From Cirrosporium novae-zelandiae (lineage: Eukaryota): a stretch of DNA of 64,000 bases. The stretch is taken from positions 62,001 through 126,000 of the forward strand of contig JAPETS010000033.1 of assembly GCA_026023565.1 (NCBI GenBank), read 5' to 3'. The notes below the pieces were generated by a model. That model worked only from the letters and a program-made list of their open reading frames with translations. It was not told the DNA's origin and did not search any database. Both the position numbers and the translations under genes were made by a program. Below, one piece after another: positions 37,297 to 50,719 of this stretch (positions within the stretch are counted from its first letter, which is position 1; each line of letters begins with the position of its first letter).

Positions 37297-37774
37297 GGAA
37301 TAGTGGGTTATGATGTATTAATGAGCGGACTTAATGACTACCTGGGAGAGTAGAATATTTATTAGAGGTAGATCCCCATGGAAGCTATTCAATGCAAAGT
37401 ACTTATTATTGCAGCAGCCTCAAGAAACCGTGACCTGGGCCAATAACTACAACGAAAGAGCGATATCAACACCGAACCCTTGGATCAACTAATCCTAATT
37501 TCCAGAATGGAGTAAACTTTTGTGTGGCCACATTTTTAGTGATAAAATACGGTTTTTGCTTATAGTTAATCTTACCGAGCCATGTGCAATCCATGGCGTT
37601 GCGTACTGCGGTACAAATAACCTATTAGACACAGGCTCACGAGTATAAAAACCAACCCCTCATCAGGTTTCGAATGGCGTTCTTCAGAAACCTTGAGAAT
37701 TTCCTCAGATTCTTTATTTCCCTACCCTAAACAAACTGTGCTCTACTGTTTAATTGACATAATTTACCGTAGTT

Positions 37775-39287
37775 ATGGACAGAATGCAACAACTAGACCT
37801 CGAAGAGCTGGTTGACGAGCTTAGAACGGCAATTCGGTCATACAAAGACAATTCCGGATTTATTACACGGGATGACGTCGTCAACATTGCGAAGCGGATC
37901 ATTAAGGATGTCGAAGAGCCTGAAGATAAGGTATTTGGAAATCTAAAGGCTGTGAGTTCTCCCTATCTATTGATTGCGCGGCTATTAGTCTTCATACTTC
38001 TATCTGTGGCTACTATTATATAATTTTGATGCTAATTAATTCAGGCGGTAGAAGCAGTAACCATAAAATCCCTTATGAAAATGCGTGTTTTCGAAAGAAT
38101 TCCCGAGGAGGGAAGTATATCGATATCCGATCTTGCAAAGGACATCGGAGCAGATGTTTCACTCCTTAGTATGTGATAAACCCGTAATATACGACCCCTC
38201 TTTTCTAGATATTGAAATCGACATTAAAAGATACGTGCGATGTCTGCTATAACCTGAAGGCGACATGCAGACAATAAAATGAATCATCATCAAGGACACG
38301 AGCTAACTGTTTAATTAATTTGCTGGACCAGGGCGACTAGTCAGACTCATGGTCGCAACCGGAATGTTAGCACAAGAGGGAGACTGTATAGCACACACTC
38401 GCTTCTCTCGAATTTATGTTGCCGGCAACCCGATGGGGGTATGGTTGCAAGTCCAGTACTTTCCCTTTTTCCATAATTGTTTGTAAATCAAATCTGCTCA
38501 CCATTTTCTTTTCAGCTGCGATGAAACGGTCTTTCCTTTTCTCAAGTTTACTTCTTACCTCTCAAAATATGGATTCAAGGAGCCCATATCTCCCTTGCCA
38601 TTGCCTCATTCATTCGCGTACGGAATGGAACATAACAACTTCTGGGATACTCTCAGCACCGATCCAGAAAGACTAGAGGCATTCAATCTCTGTATGCAAA
38701 GAAATGAGAGGGACCGACTAGTCTTAGGGGCATATGATCTCAGCTGGATGAACACTCATATTGGGTCTCCTAATGATGCTCGTCCTCTGATTGTAGACAT
38801 TGGTGGTGGAAAGGGTCATGTCTTACAGCGGATAATAAAGGCTTATCCCTCATTACCTCGTGCTCGAATGATCCTACAAGACCGTCCCGACGTGATCTCT
38901 GAAGTCAAGAAAATAGACGAACCCTCATTGCGCGAAATTACAAAAATGGAACTCGACTTTTTCAAAGAACAGCCTGTTAAAGGTGCACTGGTATATTACA
39001 TGCGTCGCTGTTTGCATGATTGGACTGATACACAATGCCACACTATCCTTTCGCATCTTTCATCCGCCATGTCTCCAGATTCCCGACTCTTGGTTGTCGA
39101 GCGGGTGATGGAAGAGCCGAGTTCGGAGAGGACTGCCTGGTTTGACTTGACTATGATGATGATTGGTGGGAAAGAGAGGACAGAAAATGAGTGGAGGGAG
39201 TTACTTGGAGGAGAGGGACTAGATATAGTCAAGATATGGAAAAACGAGGGAACAGACGTTTGTCTGATTGAAGCTGTGAAGGTTTAG
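37775..39287 (+). CDS. SAM-dependent O-methyltransferase (class II, fungal secondary-metabolism type); 4 exons
   Basis: N-terminal dimerisation helices; 'IVDIGGGKG'; 'ILQDRP'; 'DFFKEQPVKGA..YYMRRCLHDWTD'; 'GKERTENEW'. Exons splice in frame. Confidence 0.9.
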
Positions 39288-39837
39288 GGTTTAGAGGAAA
39301 GGATTTTGGAGAAAAGGATGACTAGTTGATTGAAATGACTATTGATAATTTTCACATATTGAAACGTAGTGAGTAGAAATAATCGAATGAGTGCCTGAGG
39401 TGTCCTGTTTGTTTGTTTGACTTTTCATGTTTGCATGTTTGCTTGGCGGTTTGTTTCCAAGACCCCGAGACATGATTCCGCTTAGTTTCAGAAAAGACAA
39501 GGATGATGGATACCAAATAACGAGAATAGTCAAGTCCTGTCTTATTCTTGTTCCAACGGCCACACCTCCAACTTGGACGACAGTGATGCCATAGATATAA
39601 AATCTTTGGTCCAATTTGAATTTCAAACCTGTCCCTCACTCTCTTTTCTGTTTCATGTACTCAATGTACTACCAATAAAGGTCGCAATTCGCGTGTTCAG
39701 ATCATTGGTTTAGTCGTTGGAGCTTCCTGGTAAGCATAATTCAGTCTTCGTGGCCTCACCCCGAGTATAAACCCCATTGAAACTCGTCATACTAACTCCC
39801 ACGTTTCCCCTCAGAGCTTCCTTTCCATTCATCCAAA

Positions 39838-41049
39838 ATGGTTATACGGTCCCCTCGACGAACGAACCCTATAACGATCATCCTTGGAGCCCTATTAACA
39901 TTGGGTTTCCTTGTCTTCCTCTTTTCCCCTTCTACTCCATCTCAAGCAGCCCGAGAGAAACATTCCAAAGCAGCTACAAATCCTCTATCTCCACCAACTT
40001 CACCATTTCGCAAACAGGCACCTTTGAAAAATGGCGCACGAATCCCACCACCCGTTGTTCACTACAAAATGAACAATGTCACTTCTACTTCAAACCCCTT
40101 GGCCAATAAGGAACAAATTCTCATCCTTACACCCCTCGCACGCTTCTATCAAGAATATTGGGACAATCTTCTCAAATTATCCTATCCACATGATCTGATA
40201 GCTCTTGGATTCATCATTCCAAAGACCCGCGAAGGAAACGCCGCCACGGCTGCACTTCAAGCTGCCATTGCAACCACACAATCTGGTCCTGAATTCCTCC
40301 GATTTGCTTCTATAACAATTGAGCGACAAGACTTTGACCCCCCACTTGCCGATCAAGACGAAGCTACCCGACATAAAATGGAAAGCCAGAAAGTCCGTCG
40401 AGCGAGCATGTCACGGGCTCGGAATTCTCTCCTTTTCACTACCATTGGACCCACCACTTCATGGATCCTTTGGCTCGACTCTGATATTATCGAAACACCT
40501 CCCTCTTTGATTCAAGATCTTGCCTCGCATGACAAACCGATAATTGTTCCAAATTGCTATCAAAGGTATTACAATACCGACACAAAGAAAAAGGATATTC
40601 GACCCTATGACTATAACAGCTGGCAAGATAGCGCTGCAGCCCAAAAGCTTGCCGCGAACATGGGTCCTGATGATATTCTCCTCGAAGGTTATGCCGAAAT
40701 GGCCACATACCGAACCCTGATGGCACACCTTGCCGATAAACGAGAAGACAGGGATCAGGCAAGGGAGATGCCTTTGGATGGAGTGGGAGGAACTGCACTA
40801 CTGGTGAAAGCTGATGTTCATCGTGATGGAGCCATGTTTCCACCATTCCCATTTTATCACTTGTTAGAAACGGAGGGATTCGCAAAGATGGCTAGGAGAT
40901 TAGGATGGCAGAGTTGGGGGTTGCCAAATTATTTCGTAAGTATCATTTTGTTTGCCCTTTTGTTTGGCCATGAATGGTTTCGGAAGTACAAACGTAATGC
41001 AAATCATGAGACTAATGTTTACTTTTAGGTGTATCATTATAACGAATGA
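39838..41049 (+). CDS. MNN9: Golgi mannan polymerase subunit Mnn9 (GT62, Anp1 family); 2 exons
   Basis: Type II TM anchor; 'ILILTPLARF'; 'ARNSLLFTTIGP..SWILWLDSDIIETP'; 'LDGVGGTALLVKADVHRDGAMFPPF'; 'ETEGFAKMARRLG'; last exon VYHYNE*. Confidence 0.92.
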
Positions 41050-41849
41050 GTCCAATATTCCTACAGAACTACGTTCTTTCGCCCATTACATTTGTAGTAC
41101 CTCCATTTCTACTTCGACCTCCTCACAAGAGTATAAGATGAAGAGTTTATATCGCTTCAGGAATTTACTCTTCTCAGAGGCTGGAGACCATTACTGAACC
41201 GCAAAAATTAAAGGGAATATACATCAGGCGTGAATCGGACTTGACATCCAGGGGCGTTTTATCTAGGAATTGAATGGGAATGGTTATTTTTTTACTCTTG
41301 TGAACCCTTGGACCCTGCTTTTCTTCTCATTTCTTTCTTTCAGGCTGTGGTTTGATATTATAGACATGGGAAAGGGGTTGTCAAGTATGTTACGCACCAT
41401 TATCGGTCTGGTTGATTAAGTTATCGATCTATTCCAATTAGAGCATACTTACCTAAGGTATATCTAAGACTGGGATGAGGGAGGGGGAATTATGGTATTG
41501 AACCGGCTCCATCAAATCACATTATTAGTTTAGGTTTGAGATGAAAGGTTTAAGCGAGTCCTAAGGGATTTTTGTTTCCAAGAGTTTCTTTCTTGTATGT
41601 ATCGGGTCGTCCATGATGGACTTGAGGATCCAGACTACTACTAAATCGTCTTGACATTTCTCCTCTTTATATTTCATTGTTTTTTTTCTTTCCCTTTTTT
41701 AAATAGAGCTAGTCTCTTCATGCATGTACTGTAGAGTATGGGTACGGTACCAATTTAGATGGCGCAAGGGAAGAAAGAGATTAATTTAATTTTGAAATTT
41801 TTTATATATCATATATTTTGAAGATTGAGGTGGGAATAAAGTAACGAGG

Positions 41850-43800
41850 TGAGTATCGTAGCGACCAGGATTCTCAGCAACTCAGTTCTAGAGTATACAT
41901 TACGGAGGTCCTCGGCACCACTTCTCTCACCCAGCCATCTTTATGTACATTTACGTACCTACTCTAACCCAACCGAAATCCCTTCCTCAGCAACCCACCG
42001 TGCCACCCATCCCAAACAATGTCACGCCACGCCGAATCAAATCAATCCATTCACTCGGCGTCTCTACATACATACAGACTGAGGTCCGAACCATCCATCC
42101 TAGAGGAGCTTAAGAGACCACAGCCATACATGCATACATATATTGCATACATACATACCTACGTCACCGAATCCGCAACCAAAGACTTTATCTCCTCAAC
42201 TAACCCCGAATAGCGCACGTTAATAGGGGGGTCAAACTAGAAAGCCAATTGGCCCTATGATAAAAATTTTGAGGGTCAATATTATTTATCGGAAAAATTG
42301 ATATCAGATTTATTATAATCTTTTTATGACGCCTCTACTAGTGTGAGCCCATTCGGGGCTAGTTTGGGAGGTTGAAGGATGTCTCTCGAAAGCCTTTCTT
42401 TCGCTGGAGATGTCGGCTATGGGGGATTGGGAAAAAAAAGGAAAGCATAGGTTTGGTTGATTGGTTGGTTGGTTGGTTGATGGGGAAGATTATCCTCGAC
42501 ATCTATTCCATTCCATACCCCATCTCATGGATACGTCTGTCGTCTAAACGGAGTAATTATATCTCCTATCTACTCTACTCTACTCTACTCTAACTCTACT
42601 CTAATTCCAAATGAAAGAAGGCAATTTTATTTATTTCCTAGTTACCTAGTTACCTAGTTACTAACCTTCCATATTTATCAACTGAAGATAGATCAATATC
42701 GATGGGGACGGAACAGAACCCTAACACCAACCAACCAACTCGCTGATTAGATTACATTTTATATCCTTTTCGAAACGAAACCGAATGTCACGTATATACA
42801 TACATACATACATACATACATACAGAATTACCCTATTACGATTACCTATATATGTCTATGTATTCCACCTACAAACATATAGAGTGGGGTTTCATTGTTT
42901 TTGAGTGGATAATTCTCTGGGGTAAGCTATAGTTTAGGGTTCTGTGATTAAGGGAGAGGGGTAATTGTATGAAGTCTGAAGTCTGAAGTATGCCTTGGGG
43001 CTTGCTTTATAAGGTGGTGGTGGACTAGGTAGCTAGCTGGGAGGCTGGTTGGTGTTTCTTTATATGTATATCTATCTATCTATCTATCTGTTTCCAGCTT
43101 CCCAATATCCTAACTCTATAACCTTAATCTTAGTATATATATGGATTACCGAATACACCCAAGATCAAGATCAAGATCTTGCCTGCAAGACATTGCTTAT
43201 TTCGTGAGGGTGAGGGGTTCGGTTTATAGAAGCTTTTCCTTTACTGAGGTGGGGTTCGGTTTTGTTTGTTGATAAGTTGTTGGTTGGGATTTGGGATTAG
43301 GGGTAATCAGGAGACGACGGGAAAAGTTATAAGGTATGTGTGCTGATTATAATTAATCGACTAATCAACGGATACGGACAGTCAAGTAGAACTAATTATG
43401 TTTGCTTGAACTTGAAGCACGGTTTGGGGGTGATGTGATGACAGATGTAGTTTACACACCTTTGATGAATGAATAACTATCTAATTAGACTTACCTAGGT
43501 AGTCTTATATCTATCCATCTATCCATTAATACGAGTATAAGTATGAGTACATACCGTAAAATACCGTGCCAAACGAGGGTGTAGTCTATTGGTTAATTAA
43601 CTAATCTAATTAGTCTGGATAACGAATTAAAACTTTGGTAATTAATTATTGTAGAAGATACCATACCTCCTCATTACTATACTGTATAAGTACAAGTATA
43701 GTAACCACAGTACGGTAGGTAGCTGTTCGAGAGTCATGAGGAAGTTCTTTAGGTCCCAAAATACTGATTATATATTTTTAAGGAAAGGAAAGGAAAGGAA
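41850..43800. repeat. AT-rich, microsatellite-dense intergenic tract (CATA, GGTT, CTACT, TTACCTAG units; short direct and inverted repeats)
   Basis: Many short tandem arrays; direct repeat 'gaggg(tga)ggggttcggttt' at ~43206 and ~43246; near-palindrome agacttacctaggtagtct at ~43487-43505. Confidence 0.5.
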
Positions 43801-44052
43801 AAATAAAATAATCAGTTGCAAGTATTTGAAGTTGAGAAGTGTTTGTATCTATATATCTATAGTCAAAAAACAAAAACAGAATCAACTCAAGTTGCTTAGA
43901 AAAAAGTCATGGCTCTTATATCCACCCATCCATTCATCCATTCATCCCATGTGATCTCGTTACGTGTGTGTACTGAGTGTGTGTGCTAAATCAAACCTAT
44001 TCCGTTCATCACACTTCAATTCACCCTTAAATATTCATATCCATTTTTTTTT

Positions 44053-45972
44053 TCAAACAGCAACAGCTTGCGGCATATGTTCCATCTGGACCCCAACCTC
44101 CCTAGTCTCGATAACCGTGTTATTGGTCTTACTTACACCGACCTTCTTAACTTCCTCATGAGCCACTTCAACCGATTCAATAGTCTCGATCGTTTCAACC
44201 GTGGGTTTGTTCTCATCCTCCTTCTTCTCCTGAGGTTGTTCCCATTCCACAATCCTAGAACACTTCCTCTCTCCATATTCAATCTTCACCAGCTGCTTCA
44301 GCTTCCTCCGGTTGATCTTGAATCCCACGGTTGGAAATCGTTCTAGGAAAAATACTCCTCCGCTAAGGCGTCTCAGACCCGTGAGACTGCGGCCAGCGTA
44401 GTCTTCAATCTCCTTTGCCAGGGATTCGCCTGCTTTATTCTTGTATTTTTCTTGGAGGACGACAAAGGCGGTTGGCTGATCGATTTGGATCCCTTCGTCT
44501 CGGATCCCGACTACCACAGCTGCCGAAACGGCGTGGTGGTCGAATAGCACGGCTTCAAGGTCTGATGCGCTGATGCGGGAGCCGTAACCGTCGCCCACAC
44601 GGAGGAGTTCCTTAAGTCGGTCCTTGATGAAGATGTTTCGGTTCTCATCTAGATACCCGACATCACCAGTGTGAAAGAATCCCTCGGCATCAAAATCCTG
44701 GTTTGCGATTGCGTCATCCTTGTATCCAGAATACCGCGCAAGGCTGTTTCGGACAAGAATCTCGCCCTCCTCATTAGGGCCAAGCAGCTCGTCTGTATCA
44801 ATGTCACGGACTTTGGCTTCGATTCCTGGGACGAGCTCGCCGCTAGAACCAGGGATCCAACTTTTTTCGTCGGTGTGGATTGCCAGGAGTAGGGTTTCGG
44901 TGGTACCAAGCTCAAGTGTCATGTGACAACCGTTAAACTGCTGCTCAATGCTCGAGCGGAGTTTCTCATGCATTGGGGCTCCGGCCGAGAGAAGCCATTT
45001 GATGGAGGAGACATCGATGGGGGAGTGGGTGGCCTTGGCAAGCTTGGCTGCCAGAGGAGGTGTGATGAAGAGGAATGTGATCTTGTGTTTGGGGATCACT
45101 GAGAGGGTTGTTTGATCAAAGTCGCGCCTCATAAGTACAACGGGGATCCCCAGAATCACATTCAATGCCATGTAAAGCTTGCCGCAGATAAAGTAGCCTA
45201 GGGAAAGGGTAGCAAGCCAGACATCGTTATCGGGGTCTGTATTAGGGTTGACGGTTGCACGGGTGGCATCAAGGACAGCGATGAAGTGTGCGTGTGTGGT
45301 GAGTACAGATTTCATCTTTCCCGTAGAGCCCGAGGTGCGGTTGACAAATGCATTATAAGACTCGGCCTGGACGTGAGAATTCAGGTGGAACTCGCATAAC
45401 TTTCGAGGGGTCTGGAGGACTAGATCCGCCACCTGTGGTATATAAGGGTCGGCGTCGTCAAGTGAGACCAACGGGACACCTCCAGCTAGCTCAGCAGCTG
45501 CTTCTGCAATCGCGAACATCTCCCGATCTGTAAATAGCACTTGTACATGACCCTGGATGAGCCGTGATGCTATATCATGGGAATTGCAGTCTTTTTGGAC
45601 TGGAATCGGAGCTACCGTAGCTCCTGCGGCAAGAGCAGCAAAGTTTGCGACCGGGTAATCAAGCTTGGTATTGTCAGCTGGGGATCTTGTTACGACAGAT
45701 TAGGATGATAAGTAAAGCGTCTTTAAACGTACCCCATCACTCGCAAAGATTGCTATCACATCGCCAGGATGGATTCCATATGTGTCCACCAAGACATCTG
45801 CGAGTTTGCGGCTCTTTTCTTCGAGCTCCTCGAGTGTCAGCTCCTCTCCCGTCTCATCAACTCTATATAGGACGCGGTCTCGAGGATAGTCTCGGCGCCC
45901 TTGGTGGAAGATGTAATCGAAGACATCAGTAGACGGAGCGGGGAGCTTCTCAAGTTTGGATTGGAAGAGCAT
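44053..45972 (-). CDS. AMP-dependent acyl-CoA synthetase/ligase (4-coumarate-CoA ligase/luciferase-like, divergent); 2 exons
   Basis: P-loop 'RTSGSTGKMKSVLTTH'; 'SAGAP'; 'LGTTE'; 'GEILVR'; 'FHTGDVGY'; 'DRLKELL'; C-terminal catalytic-type Lys 'GFKINRR'. Confidence 0.85.
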
Positions 45973-48900
45973 GACGATCAGTTATGTGAAGGGGTAGAGT
46001 TTGTTTGATATTGGGGCTTTGAACTGTAGAATTCCGAATTGCGTTTGATGGTCTGGTTTGGATCAGAGGGCACTTTCACCTCTCTTTATAGCTGGTATAA
46101 GGTATCATCAGTCAATCGAGGGATGGAGCAATTGCTCTATATCCCTCTTTATCGTATACCAATGTAACTCTGCATCTGCAACCCTCCTGGGTTGAGCTGT
46201 GGGGTTCGACTCCATCCAACACCAAGGATGAGGTAGTAGTGTTTCTTGAAAGTATATATCCGCTATCATCGGATGCTTCCCCGAGATAGCCGGGGTATCT
46301 GGGGATCGATTGAGAATCTGTTGGACTTTCTTATCCGAGTAAGTACATATTCAACTCTAGATCAGAGACGGTCGACATGGAATACGAGGTCAATGCATCG
46401 GAGAAGTTGATGATAAGAAATCTCCCCATGCAGAAAAAGCTCTACATGGTCAAATAAGTGTTGCTATTCCAACCACAGACATGGTGTGGTTTGACGGACT
46501 TGCAGAGAATGAAGAGATACCATATATCGGCGGAATGGGTCAATTCCCGTGCCGAGAAGCTATGTATCAACCCTAGAATCGTAGCGTTCCGGAGAAATAT
46601 TGTATAGTTTCGTTCCGCTTTCACCCCGTGGTTGAGGCTTTGAGATGTCACCATTGCACACAATGCAGGCTCTTAACCTGCGGCAGGATTTGCGGTAGGA
46701 TCTAGTAGCTATAATCATACATATTGTCGGACCTCATTTCCATCCAAGAGACTGGAGATTTGCTATAGACATCATACAACAACTGACAAGACTAATCAAG
46801 CCAAGAACTTGGAATATTGATAGGGTACTTTACAGTACTAATGAACTATCGATGTAAGAATTTCTTACGTTAGCGTCAAATCAGTGGTTGAAATGAGAGA
46901 GAAATTCATAGCGCTGACATTGAGATTCACGAAGATTCCACGAAGATAGCCCGGATAACCTATACAAGGAACATTGAATGCTGTGGAAGAGAATAAAATC
47001 AGGGCCCATGAGGATTTTCTCTGGTTTCAAAATCTCCAAATTAGGAATGCCGAACGATAGACTCTAGTGATCGGACAAGATATACTGATATAGATAATGG
47101 TACTAATGTTTGTTGAATATTTTCCAAGCAATAGAGAGAAGGGGTCATAGCACGGGGTTTGCTATCAGCATACTTTGCCACTGCCCCATTAGGCAGGGCT
47201 TGGAGTTTCAAACGACGCTGAGGTGGATTCTTATCCGACTCAAAGATATTAGGCTAAGCATGTTGAGGGATTTGTGTGTGGCGGGAAATAAGTGTATATC
47301 TGTTAGGTCATAGCGGGAGGCGACTTTGTTGTGATGTTGCGATATTGTAAGACGACCTAAAGATATAGCACTAGGTCGTTTAATGGCTTAGAGTTTTATC
47401 GGCGAAGGATCCGTCTGTCAGTCCTAGGGATCTTGTTGTTCCTTTGAATCTTCTTAAAATATTGAAGTGGCGTTTGAGTTATGTACGACCCGCTGTCAAG
47501 TGGATCCGCGGAACATATTAGCTCAATTGAAGTCAAACTCCCAGCATAGATTCTTCATAATTTCATAGGGCGTCTGTATTGTTCTGCATTTGTTTCCAGG
47601 TTAGACTATGTAGATCTCTTATCGTCAAGGGTTCATCATGGACAACACGTATATCTTTTTGGACTGGATCCCGGTGCTACCTTGGAGTGGAACACTTTGG
47701 TCAATCCAGGGCCAATCATTTGTTTCACAGGTTAAACAGATGGACCAGAAAGGAATAATCTATGCTGAACTGCAGGTCTTCCAGCACCACCCGGTTGGCA
47801 TAACCCACAAAACGTGGACATGAACAGATAGTAGATGGCTTGAGCCCTGATCCACTCACAGGGGACAGATGAAAAGAGTTTGTATCAAAGTGAATGGGGG
47901 AAAGAATACTCCATATCTATATTTGACTATATACGAAAAGAGAAAAAGGTCGAGATGGAAAGATAGTCTATTCGGCACGGTTATTTCCGTTCAGTTTTTT
48001 TATTAAAAGCAAGGAGAAGATGGAACCAATAAGCAGAAGAGCGGATAGATATCATCATCGCATGATTGATGAAGTTCAAAATTGATCGATAAGGTGATGA
48101 GGAAGGTAATGGAAAAGAAAACATTAAAGGATGAAGTGATGTTAGTATATGCAAGCGAGAAAGAAGGATCTGAATGCTTACAACGCTTACTGTGTTTGTG
48201 TGTACTACAATGTATGACAATGCAAGTGTTACGGCCGTTAGCCTTACGGGTTACATCCCTCCCGTGTCTTCCAAGCGAAACTAGGAACGGCCCGTGATTC
48301 AAGCATCAGCCTTCAAGCCTCAATTTCAACGGTTTCATTATCAATTATCATCTTGACACGACAAAAAATACAAGGACGAAGAAGTTGAAAAGACCAAGAG
48401 GGAGGGTAGTCTTAAAGATAATAATTATCATAGCTAACTAATTATGAAATATCATAGAGTTAGTTCACTTACGCGCCCGACATATTGGAATCTTAGTATT
48501 TTGTTTCCACTTTCCTTGTTATGGGTATTGGTCGTTATCTCTTAATTAAAAGTTTAAGATGGGATTCGGAAAAGCCTGGATATAATGTAATTACCTTATG
48601 CTCACTGCACCAACCACTTGCCCATGTGTTGACGACATATTGTCATTTGTATTATTTGTACTATATCCTATGGTACCGGGTGAAATAACCGCTAGCGTAC
48701 AGTCAACTTAATTTCACCATCTAACAATACAGGGCAATGACCATACCTAGTATTGCTTAACCATTATTTCGCCTGACACGACAAATACACATAATTACAG
48801 TACGCACAGGACAAGCGCTTTTATCTACGAATTCTCAAAATGGGAGAACCCCCCCATGTCTTCTACCAACTATCCCTGATCAGGCCATGCCATACATTTT

Positions 48901-49095
48901 GGATTTGTAATCCTTAGTTTTCACTTCAACATCATTTCAGTATCATTTATTCAACATGATTCCTTTAATCTTTTCCATATGTTCCTTTCTACCTACTCCT
49001 CTCCTCATATTTCCTTCTGCTGACGTTTTTCGAAGTACTTGGTTTTGCATGTTTTCCTATTCGTCATCTTTCTAAACTTCCACAGCTTCCACAAG

Positions 49096-50486
49096 ATGAA
49101 TGAAAAAGCTGCTTTTCCAGATGCGGATGAGACTACACCAGAGAATTCCACAGCTACATCCCGTACCGATATCGGTGATGGATTGAAAGAGCAATCTGGG
49201 GAGCCTCCAAAACAGGAGTCACCAATACCAGATACTACTTCAGAAATTCCTAATGGAGGCCTGAAAGCATGGCTACAGGTGCTTGGATCGTTTCTGCTCT
49301 TCTTTAATTCCTGGTACTTGCTCTCCCCTATTCAAACAACAGCTATCTAACTGGCCCTAGGGGAATCGTCAACTCCTTCGGGGTCTTTCAAACATATTAC
49401 GAGTCCAATCTCCTGTCCTCACAAACCCCATCTCAGATTTCCTGGATTGGTTCTATCCCGGCCTTTCTCCTACTTCTTATTGGAAACATAACCGGTCCCA
49501 TCTATGACACCGGCCACTTTCGAGCTCTCATCTTCAGCGGAGCCTTCCTGGTGACCTTTGGCATGATGATGACTAGCATCTGCACCAAGTACTGGGAAGT
49601 TGTCCTGGCCCAAGGCATCTGCGTCGGCCTCGGAAGTGGCTGTCTCTTTATCCCCAGCGTTGCCATTGTCTCAACCTACTTTTCCACCAAAAAGTCCTTT
49701 GCAACCGGCATCGCTGCCAGCGGTAGTAGTCTCGGTGGGATCATCTACCCCATCGTCTTCTACAAACTTCAACCGCAAATCGGCTTCGGCTGGGCTGTCC
49801 GCGTCATGGGCTTCATGATGTTCAGCACCCTTCTAGTTGCCCTCACAGTAATGACCCCACGCATGCGGCCCACAAAGAAGCGCGCCTTGCTTGAGCCTCG
49901 CGCCTTCACCGAACCCCCCTTTCTACTCTTTAGCCTCGGCATCTTCGTCGGCTTCGCTGGGATGTACGTCCCCATCTTCTACATCTACAGCTACGCCACG
50001 AACGCCACCTCGACCTCTGAAAACCTCTCCTTCTACCTCCTGGTAATCCTCAATGCCGCCAGCATCGTCGGCCGTATCCTCCCAAACTACATTGCCGACA
50101 AGACAGGCCCCATGAACATTCTCATCCCCTGCACGCTCATCAGTGGCATCCTTTCTTTTGTCTGGATGGGCATCGACTCCACGGGCGGCCTCATCGTCTT
50201 TTCCATCCTCTACGGCTTCTTCTCGGGCACTATGGTTTCCCTTCCCCCCACAACAATCGTATCCTTGTCTCCAAACCTCGGTGTTGTTGGCACAAGAACA
50301 GGCATGAGTACCTCGTGCGCGGGCCTTGGCTTGCTTGTCGGGACTCCAGTTGCCGGAGCCATTCTAGGGCAGAGCAGATGGAACGCGATGCAAGCCTTTG
50401 CAGGTGCAATTGTGTTGGGCGGAACAGCCATTTTGATCGGTGCCAGAATTTCGAAAACCGGATTCCGGTTGATGGAGAAGGCATAA
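49096..50486 (+). CDS. MFS monocarboxylate-porter (MCT/Mch) family transporter; 2 exons
   Basis: 'PNGGLKAWLQVLGSFLLFFNSW/GIVNSFGVFQTYYE'; 'LAQGICVGLGSGCLF'; 'GIAASGSSLGG'; 'GFGWAVR'; 'ILNAASIVGRILPN'; multiple TM segments. Confidence 0.92.
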
Positions 50487-50719
50487 ACATTTTTTTCTCC
50501 TTCCATGGAAACTTTTAATATTTAGAACCCTGGATAGTAAGTAAGGAGGGGCTCCCACTACAACCAACTACAACTATAAAGAACCTCAGGTCAGGAACAG
50601 GTACTTACCTATGTATTAGCTCTCTTGGATATATACCTAGGTACCTAGCTGGGACTTGGACAATCCATATACAGCCTTTTGTACAGAGAATTACCCTAAG
50701 ATCTATAAGACTTGATCAT

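Noticed and set aside
39283..39297. Telomere-like TTAGGG words (also ~52261-52275)
   Set aside because: Only 1-2 imperfect copies; not a telomeric array.
46185..46226. tRNA-like 'GGGGTTCGACTCC...ACCA'
   Set aside because: The T-stem does not pair beyond 2 bp, and no D-arm, anticodon arm or acceptor stem can be built.
46300..48300. Intergenic DNA between ligase and MFS genes that might hide a decayed gene
   Set aside because: Partial manual translation and the ORF track gave no recognisable motif or long ORF; needs BLASTx, not supportable by eye.
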